64,000 bases of DNA. Origin: an uncultured Actinomycetota bacterium (GTDB taxonomy: Bacteria; Actinomycetota; Actinomycetes; Propionibacteriales; Nocardioidaceae). A program made the position numbers and the translations under genes. The notes beneath the pieces were generated by a model. It searched no databases and was not told the origin of the DNA. It saw only the letters and a program-made list of their open reading frames with translations. Below, one piece after another: positions 33,073 to 46,245 of the stretch; the first letter of the stretch is position 1; the number at the start of each line of letters is the position of its first letter. The stretch spans positions 88,644-152,643 of the forward strand of contig CAWGZQ010000001.1 of NCBI GenBank assembly GCA_963827185.1, written 5' to 3'.

Positions 33073-34082
33073 TCGTATCCCAGGATCTCCTGGCGCTTGC
33101 CGCCCCAGGTCAGGGCAGACTCGATCGCGTCGTCGATGGTCAGCTCGCTGCGCCAGCCGAGCAGGGCGGCCGCGCGATCGACGTTGGCGAAGGAGCCGAC
33201 GTTGTCACCGGGCCGCGGCGGCGCCTCGGAGAGCGGCACCTTGCTGCCGAAGACCCGCTCGAATGCCGCGACCAGCTCGCGCACGGTGACGCCGTCGCCG
33301 GTGCCGATGTTGATGACGGTGCTCGTCGCGTCGACGGTGGTCAGCACGTCGTCGAACCGCTCGATCGCGCGCACGTGCGCCCGGGCCAGGTCCCAGACGT
33401 GGATGTAGTCGCGGATGCCGGTGCCGTCGCGGGTCGGGTGCTCGGTGCCGGTGATCGTGAACGTGTCCTTGATGCCGCGGGCGGCCATCACCAGCTGGCC
33501 CAGCACGTGGGTGGGCTCGCGGACGTAGATGCCGGACTCGAGGTCGGGGTCGGACCCGATCGGGTTGAAGTAGCGCAGCACGATCGCGCGGAGATCGGTG
33601 GCCGCGGCCATGTCCTGCAGGGCCTGCTCCATCATCCGCTTCGTCCAGGCGTACGGCGAGGTGGGCGCGAGCGGGTCGTTCTCGTCGACCTCGAAGCCCT
33701 CCTTGGTGGCGTAGAGGCTCGCCGAGCTGGAGAACAGCACCCGGGTCAGGCCGAGGTTGTTGAGCTCGTCGAACATCTCGAGCGACTTGGCGACGTTGTC
33801 GCGGTAGTACTCGTAGGGCAGCGCCACGGACTCTGGCACCACGATCCGCGCAGCCATGTGGATGGTCGCGTCGATGTCGGGGTGCTCCTCGGCGATCCGC
33901 CGTAGGAGGGCCCGGTCGGCCATGTCGCCCTCGTAGAAGATCCGGTCGCGGACGAAGACCTTCGGGCCGCTCAGCAGCGAGTCGAGGATGACCGGCGTGT
34001 GCCCGGCCTGCTCGAGCGCCTTCCCGGTGATCGATCCGATGTAGCCGGCACCGCCGGTGACCAGAACCTTCATGCCCGTCAC
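33069..34082 (-). CDS. galE: UDP-glucose 4-epimerase
   Basis: VTGGAGYIGS, YAWTK, LRYFNPIG, DGTGIRDYIHV. Confidence 0.92.
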   Translation of the reverse strand: MTGMKVLVTGGAGYIGSITGKALEQAGHTPVILDSLLSGPKVFVRDRIFYEGDMADRALLRRIAEEHPDIDATIHMAARIVVPESVALPYEYYRDNVAKSLEMFDELNNLGLTRVLFSSSASLYATKEGFEVDENDPLAPTSPYAWTKRMMEQALQDMAAATDLRAIVLRYFNPIGSDPDLESGIYVREPTHVLGQLVMAARGIKDTFTITGTEHPTRDGTGIRDYIHVWDLARAHVRAIERFDDVLTTVDATSTVINIGTGDGVTVRELVAAFERVFGSKVPLSEAPPRPGDNVGSFANVDRAAALLGWRSELTIDDAIESALTWGGKRQEILGYE

Positions 34083-34152
34083 CCTACGGAAAAGGGGTTC
34101 CTGCCGATAAATCCCAGCATCCGGGTCTGTACGTCGGCGTCCGGCCTCCTGG

Positions 34153-37519
<3,367 letters not shown>

Positions 37520-37520
37520 C

Positions 37521-37877
37521 TCAGGCCCCGCAGCGGTCGTAGTCGTCCTCGATGCGGACAATGTCGTCCTCACCGGTGTAGTCGCCGAGCTGAACCTCGA
37601 CCAGCTCCAGCACGTCGTCCTCGGCATTGCAGATCCGATGCGCCTGCCCGATCGCCACGTCGAGCGACTGGCCGGGCCCGAGCAGCACCTCGACGCCGTC
37701 GATCACGCAGGTGGCCTTGCCGGAGACGACCACCCAGTGCTCCGCGCGGTGGGCGTGGGTCTGGTAGCTGAGCCGCTGGTGCGGCCGGACCACGATGCGC
37801 TTCACCTTGAACCCGGCGCCCTCGTCGAGGACGTGCCAGGACCCCCAAGGGCGCTCGGCGGATGACTCGGCAGACAT
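37521..37877 (-). CDS. Stand-alone type II phosphomannose isomerase C-terminal cupin
   Basis: ERPWG, VKRIVV, LSYQTH.HRAEHW, EVQLGDYTGEDDIVRIEDDY. Confidence 0.88.
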   Translation of the reverse strand: MSAESSAERPWGSWHVLDEGAGFKVKRIVVRPHQRLSYQTHAHRAEHWVVVSGKATCVIDGVEVLLGPGQSLDVAIGQAHRICNAEDDVLELVEVQLGDYTGEDDIVRIEDDYDRCGA

Positions 37878-37945
37878 GGGCGAGAGGCTAGCCGCGGCGC
37901 GCCGGCACGCGGGGTGCTTTCCGGAAACGCGGACGTTCGGCGGCC

Positions 37946-38227
37946 CTAGCGGCGGCGCAGGCCGGCGAGTGCCGGGCGTACGTCGACCATGTAGACCAGC
38001 GCGGCGATGATCATCGCGACCCGGACGATGAAGAGCCCGGCCGGGACCAGCTGCAGTACCACGGCGAGGCCCAGGATGATGTTCCAGGCCGGCTTGGTCA
38101 GCTTGCCGGCAGCGAGGTAGGACTCGGCCGAGTAGAGCAGCGAGTTGATGAACGCGAAGATGGTGATCGCGAGCAGCACGAAGATCATCACGAGAGTCAG
38201 ATAGCTCTCGACGGCGAAGACGTTCAT
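37946..38227 (-). CDS. DUF2516 family membrane protein
   Basis: AAGKLTKPAW, LVYMVDVRPAL; follows the HBHA-like gene as in other actinobacteria. Confidence 0.85.
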   Translation of the reverse strand: MNVFAVESYLTLVMIFVLLAITIFAFINSLLYSAESYLAAGKLTKPAWNIILGLAVVLQLVPAGLFIVRVAMIIAALVYMVDVRPALAGLRRR

Positions 38228-38258
38228 ATCCCCTCAAGCCTAGACGAGCAGAGCACGA

Positions 38259-38287
38259 GGCCCCCGAAGCTCATACCTCCGGGGGCC
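38259..38287 (-). terminator. Hairpin after the HBHA-like gene
   Basis: Minus strand ggcccccggag-gtatgag-cttcgggggcc with a G-U pair. Confidence 0.6.
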
Positions 38288-38329
38288 CCGCATGCAGAGC
38301 GGCTCGCGCCGCCTGTCAGATGTCGTGCG

Positions 38330-38860
38330 TCAGGCCTTGGCCGTCTTCTTGGCGGGGGCCTTCTTCGCCGTGGTCTTCTTCGCCGTGGTCTTCTTGGCGG
38401 CCGGCTTCTTCGCGGTGGTCGTTGCGGTGGTCTTGGCCGCAGCGGCCTCCTGCTTGCGGATCTTGGCGACCAGCGACTCGCCGCGCTTGGCGAGGTCACC
38501 GTAGGTGTCGGTCACGGTCGCGACGTTCTCGTTCACCAGGGTCTGGACCTTCTCGACCCGAACCTTGGCGTCCGAGCGGAGCTCGGAGACGCGGCTGTTG
38601 ACCACGGTCACGGTCTGCTCGCGCACGGCCTTAGGCTCGAACTCGAAGCCCTTGACGTTCTTCTGCACGCCGGCGAACCGGGTCTGCACGTCCTTCTGGA
38701 CCTTGGTGACCTTCTTCTGAACGTCGGCGACGGCTTCACGCACGTACTCGACGGCCAGGTCGGTGGCACCGACGCCGGCGTACAGCGGCTTGGCCGCCGC
38801 GGCCGGGAGCTCAACGGTCTTGATGTCGAAGTTCTTGATGTCGAACTTGGCCTTGGCCAT
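38330..38860 (-). CDS. Heparin-binding haemagglutinin (HBHA)-like protein
   Basis: PLYAGVGATDLAV, coiled coil, YGDLAKRGE, Lys/Ala/Thr tail (AKKTTAKKTTAKKAPAKK). Confidence 0.75.
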   Translation of the reverse strand: MAKAKFDIKNFDIKTVELPAAAAKPLYAGVGATDLAVEYVREAVADVQKKVTKVQKDVQTRFAGVQKNVKGFEFEPKAVREQTVTVVNSRVSELRSDAKVRVEKVQTLVNENVATVTDTYGDLAKRGESLVAKIRKQEAAAAKTTATTTAKKPAAKKTTAKKTTAKKAPAKKTAKA

Positions 38861-38908
38861 GTCAACTCTCCTTGGGTTGGTACTACTTGGTGGGGTGGGT
38901 CCCTGGGA

Positions 38909-39325
38909 TCAGGGGGTTTCGCTGGTCGTGCTGTCCTCGACGTCCTCGGCCCGCTCCGCTGCGTTGAGCGCGAGGAACGACGAGTAGACATCGAGGAGCG
39001 ACTGCTTCTGTCGCTCGGTGAGGCCGGTGTCCGCGAGGACCGCCAGCTCCACCGTGAGCGCGGAGGCGCCGCCTACCCCGTCTTCGGGGTTGAGGATCCC
39101 GGCGCGGATGTAGAGCTGCTCCGCCGAGATCCGCAGTGCCTTCGCGATCTGTTGCAGTACTTCGGCCGAGGGTCGACGCAGACCGCGTTCGATCTGGCTC
39201 AGGTAGGGGTTGGACACGCCGGCCTGTTCCGCGAGCTGCCTGAGGGACAGCCGCGATGCGACGCGCTGCTCCTTCAGATAGTCGCCGAGCGTCTCGACGG
39301 TCTTGCCTACCTTGCCCTTGGCCAT
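38909..39325 (-). CDS. XRE-family HTH regulator (Rv0474-like)
   Basis: SLRQLAEQAGVSNPYLSQIERGLRRPSA, LTERQKQSLLDVY. Confidence 0.9.
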   Translation of the reverse strand: MAKGKVGKTVETLGDYLKEQRVASRLSLRQLAEQAGVSNPYLSQIERGLRRPSAEVLQQIAKALRISAEQLYIRAGILNPEDGVGGASALTVELAVLADTGLTERQKQSLLDVYSSFLALNAAERAEDVEDSTTSETP

Positions 39326-39598
39326 GACCCCATCATGCTAACTATTGTTAGCAAAACGCAAACTGAGCAAGCGTGATCTGCTTCACAGGCGACGGCGGGC
39401 GGGTGCGGTCCGGGCCCCGCCGAACCGGTCGAGGTGACCATCGAAGACGTTCGTGTCGGCTCCGGCACACCGCTGCGTAGGGCAGCCACGCCTCCGACCC
39501 AGACGCCACCGAGGTGTGACCCGGCCTGCACCGGGTGTGACGCAGGCCCGGTCCAGACCTCCGGTTTGACCAGCCGATCCGGGAGTAACTTCCCGTCC

Positions 39599-40063
39599 AT
39601 GAGCCTCCACACCAGCCTTGCCCGGCTCCTGGCCGGCAGCGTCGTCGCAACGGTCGCTCTCGTCGCGGCCCCGACTCCGGCTCCGGCCGCGAGTCCCGCA
39701 ACCACCTACGCCGCAGACGCCTTCGCGGCGACCAACTCTGAGCGTGCCGAGCGCAACCTGGTCAAGCTCAAGCGGGACAAGTGTCTGCAACGCCTGGCCA
39801 ACAAGCAGGCGAAGAAGATGGCGGCTGAGGGTCGGCTCTCGCACCAATCGCTGGAGACGGTCCAACAGAAGTGCGGCATGGGCTTCGCTGGGGAGAACGT
39901 GGCCTATGGCCTACCCGACGGCGAGGCGGTGGTCGCGACCTGGATGTCGTCGCCGCCACACCGCGCCAACATCCTTCGGCGCCAGTACCGCCTGATGGCA
40001 GTGGCGGCACGCAAAGCCGACGGCTACTGGTGGGTTGCCCAGGTGTTCGGCCGCAAGCGCTGA
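39599..40063 (+). CDS. Secreted CAP (SCP) domain protein
   Basis: Signal peptide, LSHQ, GENVAYG, WMSSPPHRANIL, QVFG. Confidence 0.9.
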   Translation: MSLHTSLARLLAGSVVATVALVAAPTPAPAASPATTYAADAFAATNSERAERNLVKLKRDKCLQRLANKQAKKMAAEGRLSHQSLETVQQKCGMGFAGENVAYGLPDGEAVVATWMSSPPHRANILRRQYRLMAVAARKADGYWWVAQVFGRKR

Positions 40064-40226
40064 ACCGACTGCGGCTCGGCGCAGCCCGACGCGCCACGCC
40101 CAGCGGCGGTCGGTCGAGCAGCAGTGCCATCGCGACGAGCTGGCTCGACTGCACTCCGAGGGCGTTGAGCTGCCCGGCACGGTGGTGGCGCTGCGCCCCA
40201 CCCTCGCCCGAAGCCGGCGCCCGACG

Positions 40227-41183
40227 CTAGAAGCTCGCCCGAATCTCCCCCACCGGGACCCCGCCGCCGAGCAGCTCGACCATGCCGGTGCGCCAGATCG
40301 CTGCGGCGTCGACTCCGGGCTCGGCGTCCACCCCGCTACGACGCAGCGCGGCGGCCATCAGCACCGGCCGCACCCGCGGGGCGCCATCGTCGGTCTTCAG
40401 CGCGAACGCACGACCGTCGGGCAGTGCCAACGCGTAGCACGACTCCGCCCCGGCCTTGCCGATCGCGCCGGGGAGCGCGGTGAGCAGGGACCGCTCGTCG
40501 CGCCGAGTTCCAGACACCCACTCGGGGTGCCGCCGGATCGCTCCCGCGACCCGTGCCTCGGCGCCGTCCGCCGCCGTCGCCAACCGGGCGAAGGCCCGGG
40601 CCAGTCCGATCAAAGACGCGGAGAGCAGCGGTGCACCGCAGCCGTCGACGGCGACCGAGACGGGTTCGCCGGTGAGCTCCGAGAAGGTCACCGCGATGGC
40701 CTGCTGGAGCGGATGATCGGGTTCGCGGTAGGTGGCCAGCTCCCAGCCGTTGAGCGCGCACGTGACCAGCATCGCCGCGTGCTTGCCCGAGCAGTTCATC
40801 GCGATCGGCGTCCGGGCCTCGCCGGCCCGGATCATCTCCTCCCGGGCGGCCTCGTCGAGTGAGAAGTCCGGGGGTGTCTGCAACGCGGCCTCGTCGAGGT
40901 CAGCCGCCGCCAGGATCCGGCGTACTCCCTCGAGGTGGAACGGCTCTCCCGAGTGCGACGCACACGCCAGCGCCAGCAGCTCGTCGGGCAGGTCGAGCCC
41001 GAGCCGCACCATCGCCAGCGCCTGCAGCGGTTTGTTGCAGGACCGCGGCAGGATCGGTACGTCGACGGCGCCGACCGACCAGTCCACCCGACCGTCGCCG
41101 GCCAAGGCCACGACCGAGCCGTAGTGATGGCCCTCGACGAAGCCGGAACGCACGATCTCTGCCACTACCTGCGGGGATGCCAT
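40227..41183 (-). CDS. L-asparaginase II family protein
   Basis: PRSCNKP, CASHSGE, NCSGKH, VDGCGAP, KAGAE. Confidence 0.88.
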   Translation of the reverse strand: MASPQVVAEIVRSGFVEGHHYGSVVALAGDGRVDWSVGAVDVPILPRSCNKPLQALAMVRLGLDLPDELLALACASHSGEPFHLEGVRRILAAADLDEAALQTPPDFSLDEAAREEMIRAGEARTPIAMNCSGKHAAMLVTCALNGWELATYREPDHPLQQAIAVTFSELTGEPVSVAVDGCGAPLLSASLIGLARAFARLATAADGAEARVAGAIRRHPEWVSGTRRDERSLLTALPGAIGKAGAESCYALALPDGRAFALKTDDGAPRVRPVLMAAALRRSGVDAEPGVDAAAIWRTGMVELLGGGVPVGEIRASF

Positions 41184-41224
41184 GCAATGCAGAGTAGTTA
41201 AGGAGGCTTTGGCAAGATGGGCCC

Positions 41225-43016
41225 GTGCCGAGTCAAGCTGCGCCGCAGCATCACCCGACGCCGCGCGAGCTCGACGACCTGGAACTGCTCACGATCGGCG
41301 CCCTCGCGCCGCTGACCCGTTTCAACGAGCCCGGCAGCCTGGTGACCCTGGAGCTGCCGCCGGAGTTGCTCGCCGCGGGTGCGGTGGAGCTGGTCGACCC
41401 CGAGGGGCTGCCGCTGGCCGTGGTGCGCACCGACACCGAGGGCGGCTGGACGGTCGAGTCCCTCACCCACACCCAGTACGGCCCGTTCCGCCGGCTGTAT
41501 CTCACCCCGGCCCAAGTGCGGGAACAGTACGCCGGCCGCGCCTTCGTCCCGGTGACCGACGCCCTCACCGACAGCCAGCTCGCCGAGCTCGAGGGAGTCG
41601 GCCCGATGGTCCTGCTCGCCCTGGTCGGCCATGGCACTCCTTCGCTGCCGGCCGTGGGACTGCTCCGCGCGACCGTGACCGCGGCCGGGATGTTGCCGGA
41701 CGCCGCCGTCATCGCCGTCCCGCTGGCCGCGCACGGCGACCCCGAAGCCGATCACGCGCTCGGCGTGCAGGTGGTCGCCACCTACGCGGGTGACGACCGG
41801 GTCGTCGGCCTCGCGACCGACGGCGACCTGCCCCCCGCGGTGGCGCGCGTGGTCGACTTCTACGAGCGACCCCCGGAGGAGCAGGGCCTCGGTGCTGTTC
41901 TTCACCGGCCTGTCCGGCAGCGGCAAGTCCACGCTCGCCCAAGCCCTGATGGACCGGATCCTCGAGCAGGGCGCACGCACCGTCACCAGCCTCGACGGCG
42001 ACGTGGTCCGCCGGAACCTCTCCGCGGGCCTGACCTTCTCCAAGGCCGACCGGGAGACCAACATCCGCCGGATCGGCTGGGTGGCCGCCGAGATCGCACG
42101 GCACGGCGGCCTGGCGGTGTGCAGCCCGATCGCACCGTTCGACGAGACCCGCCAGCAGGTCCGCGGCATGGTCGACGCAGCGGGCGGGGCGTTCTTCCTG
42201 GTGCACGTGGCTACGCCGCTGGAGGAGTGCGAGCGCCGGGACCGCAAGGGGCTCTACGCCAAGGCTCGGCGCGGAGAGATCCCCGAGTTCACCGGCATCT
42301 CCTCTCCCTACGAAGAGCCCGCGGATGCCGACGTACGAGTCGACACCACGGGTCGCTCCATCGACGACGCCCTCGAGGACGTGATTGCGGGTCTGCGCGA
42401 GGCGGGCTTCCTCGACCTCTCACCCTTGGCCGAGGAAGCCGTCGTCCAGACCCCGCGAGCCGAAAACCGACCCCGCCCGCTCAGCGTCCTCTTCGTGTGT
42501 ACGGCGAACATCTGCCGCTCCCCGTTCATGGAGATCGCCGCGCGCGACCTGGCCGGAGCCGACGCCACCGTGGTGTTCTCCAGCGCCGGGACCCACGGGT
42601 TCCGCGAGTACGGCATGGATGCGGTGATGGCCGGCACCCTGACCGAGCGCGGCCTGGACGCGGACTCGTTCCTCAGCCGCCCCCTCACCAGTGCCCTGAT
42701 CGAGGACGCCGACCTGGTGCTCACCGCCGAGGCCTCCCATCGGGCCTTCATCCTCGACGATCATGCTGCAGCGTTCCGGAAGGTGTTCACGCTCGGCCAG
42801 GTCGCCGAGGTACTCCGCCACTCCCCCGATCAGCTGAGCGGTGACGACCTGCTGCGGGCGCTGGGAGAGCGTCGCGGAGCCAGCGAGCCGCACCTCGACG
42901 TTCGCGACCCCTACGGACGCGGCCCCAAGGCCGCGGCGGAGGCGGCCCAACAGATCGACGAGCTGCTGCGCGTCGTCGTACCCGTCCTCGCGGGATCCAG
43001 GAGGATCACCTCATGA
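41225..43016 (+). CDS. cysC: Three-part protein: degenerate ATP-sulfurylase-like N-terminus + adenylyl-sulfate kinase + LMW protein-tyrosine-phosphatase domain (extra G near 41891)
   Basis: ELDDLELL..G...PL..F N-terminus; TGLSGSGKST, LDGDVVR, RDRKGLY, FTGISSPYE; then in the same frame VCTANICRSP and DVRDPYG. Confidence 0.85.
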
Positions 43017-44014
43017 GTGACGTGTTCGGCGGAGACTTCGCGCCCATCCTCGCGGCTGGGTTCTTCGTCGGCATCGTCGTCGGTCTGACCGGCATGGGTG
43101 GCGGGGCGCTGATGACGCCGGCGCTGATCTTCATGGGCGTCGGCCACACCGCCAGCATCGTGACCGCGGACCTGACCGCGGCGGCGGTCTACAAGACCGG
43201 CGGTGCGATCGTGCACTCGCGCGAAGGCTCACCCAACCTCCAGCTCGCGAAATGGCTGATCATCGGATCGGTGCCGATGGCACTCGCGGGCCCACACATC
43301 GTCCAGGGCGTGGTCGATCCCGAGGACGTCGACGACGCCCTCAAGCTCGCGATCGGCTTCGCGCTGCTGCTGGCCGCGGCGACGTACGCGCTGCGGCTCT
43401 ACATCAACCTCCGTCGGGTCCGGGCCGGTGGCCCAGAGGGAGACCCGAACCCGAAGATCCGACCGATCCCGACGCTGCTGGTCGGCGCGCTCGGTGGCCT
43501 GCTGGTCGGCATCACCAGCGTCGGTTCCGGCTCGGTGATCATGGTCGCGCTGCTGATGCTCTACCCCGGGCTCTCCGCCGTACGCCTGGTCGGCACCGAC
43601 CTCGTGCAGGCGGTGCCGCTGGTGCTCGCGGCCGCGATCTCCAACATCATCGTCAACGACGGCCTCGACTGGGGGCTGGTGATCCCGCTGATCATCGGCT
43701 CGGTCCCCGGCACGGTGATCGGCAGCCGGCTCGCCCCGCGAGTCCCCCAGTCGTTCATCCGGCGCGGCATCGTCGTGGTGCTGACGATGTCCGGGGTGGC
43801 GCTGCTCGACAAGGCCGGCTGGGCACCACTCGGCGTGGAGGAAACCCACCCCGTGATGATCGGCCTGATCGGGGTCGCGATGGTGATCCTGGTGCCGGTG
43901 ATCTGGGGACTGCTCCGCAAGGAGCAGGGACTCCCGATGTTCGGAGCTCCGACCGTCGCCGAGCTGGAGGACCCCGCCAGGCTGCGGCGCCAGACCGCCC
44001 CGAACGACGACTGA
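43013..44014 (+). CDS. TauE/SafE family sulfite exporter
   Basis: GLTGMGGGALMTP, VGSGS, LVGTDL; ATGA overlap with the cysC fusion. Confidence 0.88.
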   Translation: MSDVFGGDFAPILAAGFFVGIVVGLTGMGGGALMTPALIFMGVGHTASIVTADLTAAAVYKTGGAIVHSREGSPNLQLAKWLIIGSVPMALAGPHIVQGVVDPEDVDDALKLAIGFALLLAAATYALRLYINLRRVRAGGPEGDPNPKIRPIPTLLVGALGGLLVGITSVGSGSVIMVALLMLYPGLSAVRLVGTDLVQAVPLVLAAAISNIIVNDGLDWGLVIPLIIGSVPGTVIGSRLAPRVPQSFIRRGIVVVLTMSGVALLDKAGWAPLGVEETHPVMIGLIGVAMVILVPVIWGLLRKEQGLPMFGAPTVAELEDPARLRRQTAPNDD

Positions 44015-44025
44015 CAGCCGGCGTC

Positions 44026-45235
44026 GTGCACCTCCTCGACAACCCGATCCGGAACTACGCCTGGGGTTCGCGTACGGCGTTGGCCGCGCTGCTCGGTCAC
44101 GAGCCGACGGAGCAGACGGAGGCGGAGCTGTGGATCGGTGCGCACGCCGGCGACCCGTCCCGGTTGCCCGACGGGCGACGGCTCGACGACGAGATCCGGG
44201 AGCGGGCCGTACCGATCCTCGGCCCGGAGGTGGCTGCCGGCTTCGGCGGCCGGCTGCCGTACCTGATGAAGGTGATCGCGGTCGACCAGGTGCTCTCCTT
44301 GCAGGTGCACCCGTCGGCCGAGCGAGCCCGGTCCGGGCACGCCCGCGAGGAGGCGGCCGGCATCCCGGTCGACGCGCCGACCCGCAACTACGGCGATCCG
44401 TGGCACAAGCCCGAGCTGGTGCTGGCACTCACGCCATTCGAGACCCTCGCCGGATTCCGCGACGTCCACCGGTCGGCCGCGCTGCTCCGGCTGCTCGACC
44501 AGCCGTGGGCCGATCGGGTCGCGGACCGTCTCGAGCAGCCCGGCGGCCCGGCCGAGCGGCTCAAGGCGTTGGTCGCCGAGACCCTGCGGCTGCCCCGCGA
44601 CGAGGTCGCCCAGCTCATCCACGACCTGACCGCTGCCGCTGGGCTCATCGAGGAGGCCGGCCCCGAGGATCTGCGGGTGTTCGAGATCCTGGGCCAGCTC
44701 GCGTCGCGCTATCCCGACGACCCGGCGGTGCTGGTGGCGCTGCTGCTCAACGATGTGGTGCTCGAGCCGGGCGATGCCCTGTATGTCGCTCCCGGTGTCG
44801 TTCACGCGCACGGCTCGGGCCTGGCGGTGGAGATCATGGCTGCGTCCGACAACGTGCTGCGGGCCGGACTCACGCCGAAGCACCGCGACGTCGAGGAGCT
44901 GTTGGCGGTCACCGACTTCACGCCCGGGCCTCCTCCGGTCATCCGCCCGAGCGAGTACGCCGCCGGGTTCGCGCGCTTCACCACCCCGGCCGCCGAGTTC
45001 GAGCTGGTGGTCGGCAAGCCGCCGCTGCCGGAGCTTCCCCGCAGCCGGGCCACGGATCCTGCTCGCACTGGACGGCGAGGTCGAGGTGCATGCGGGCGGC
45101 CAGACCCAGCGCGTGCCAGGGGGCCAGGCAGTGCTCCTGGAGCACGATGATGGTCCGGTGACCGTCAGCGGCGCCGCGTGGGTCGCGCTCGGCGCCGTAC
45201 CGTCGTCGACTGCGGGCCGCCACGCGCGACAATAG
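44026..45235 (+). CDS. manA: Mannose-6-phosphate isomerase class I; frameshift near 45040
   Basis: YAWGS, AELWIGAH, LPYLMK, LSLQVHP, HKPEL, EIMAASDNVLRAGLTPKH. Confidence 0.9.
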
Positions 45236-45330
45236 TGAGGTGACTCACTCGACATAGGCGTCGAGTTCGCGTCCCCCGTCGCCCTCGCTACGATGTGGGC
45301 TGCTGTCCACGAGAGGTCCAACGTTTCCCC

Positions 45331-46245
45331 ATGTCTCAAACCCACGTCGACTACCGGCTGAGCCAGCTCGACCAGCTTGAGGCGGAGTCGATCCACATCA
45401 TGCGTGAGGTCGCCGCCGAGTTCGAGAAGCCGGTCCTGATGTTCTCGGGCGGCAAGGACTCAATCGTCATGCTCCGGCTCGCGGAGAAGGCCTTCTACCC
45501 CGCCAAGATCCCGTTCCCGGTGCTGCAGGTCGACACCGGCTACGACTTCCCCGAGGTCCTCGCGACCCGGGACCACTGGGTCAACCGACTCGGCGTCCGC
45601 CTGATCGTGGCCAGCGTCGAGGAGGCGATCGCCAACGGCGTCGTCGTCGACGACGGCAAGACCCCGCGCAACCGGCTGCAGATCGGCACCCTGCTCAACG
45701 CGATCGAGGAGAACGGCTTCACGGCCGCCTTCGGCGGTGGCCGCCGCGACGAGGAGAAGGCCCGGGCCAAGGAGCGCGTCTACTCCCACCGCGACGAGTT
45801 CGGCCAGTGGGACCCCAAGATGCAGCGCCCGGAGCTGTGGAGCCTCTACAACGGCCGCATCCACCAGGGCGAGCACATGCGGATCTTCCCGATCTCCAAC
45901 TGGACCGAACTGGACATCTGGGACTACATCGGGCGCGAAGGCATCGAGATCCCGTCGATCTACTTCTCCCACCAGCGCCGGGTCTTCGAGCGCGACGGCA
46001 TGCTGCTCTCCGAGAGCGACTTCAACCCCTGCCGCGAGGGCGAGACGGCTGCCGAGCGCACCGTCCGCTTCCGCACGGTCGGCGACCTCACCCTCACCGG
46101 GTGCGTCGAGTCCGAGGCGGACACCATTCCGAAGATCATCGAGGAGATCGCTGTCGCCCGGGTGACCGAGCGCGGCGCGACCCGCGGTGACGACCGGTTC
46201 TCCGAAGCAGGCATGGAGGATCGGAAGAAGGAAGGCTACTTCTGA
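45331..46245 (+). CDS. cysD: Sulfate adenylyltransferase subunit 2
   Basis: LEAESIHIMREV, FSGGKDS, GGGRRDEEKARAKER, QRPELW, RKKEGYF. Confidence 0.97.
   Translation: MSQTHVDYRLSQLDQLEAESIHIMREVAAEFEKPVLMFSGGKDSIVMLRLAEKAFYPAKIPFPVLQVDTGYDFPEVLATRDHWVNRLGVRLIVASVEEAIANGVVVDDGKTPRNRLQIGTLLNAIEENGFTAAFGGGRRDEEKARAKERVYSHRDEFGQWDPKMQRPELWSLYNGRIHQGEHMRIFPISNWTELDIWDYIGREGIEIPSIYFSHQRRVFERDGMLLSESDFNPCREGETAAERTVRFRTVGDLTLTGCVESEADTIPKIIEEIAVARVTERGATRGDDRFSEAGMEDRKKEGYF

Noticed and set aside
38340-38440. Short tandem repeats (cttcttcgccgtggt)
   Set aside because: They encode the Lys/Ala/Thr-rich tail of the HBHA-like protein; not CRISPR or a mobile element.
39330-39598. Long intergenic region upstream of the CAP gene as a riboswitch or ncRNA
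   Set aside because: I could not match c-di-AMP or other riboswitch consensus elements by eye; an Rfam/Infernal scan would be needed.
43252-45150. 632-aa ORF containing ManA
   Set aside because: The upstream part is an off-frame read of TauE and the C-terminus shifts frame; manA starts at 44026.
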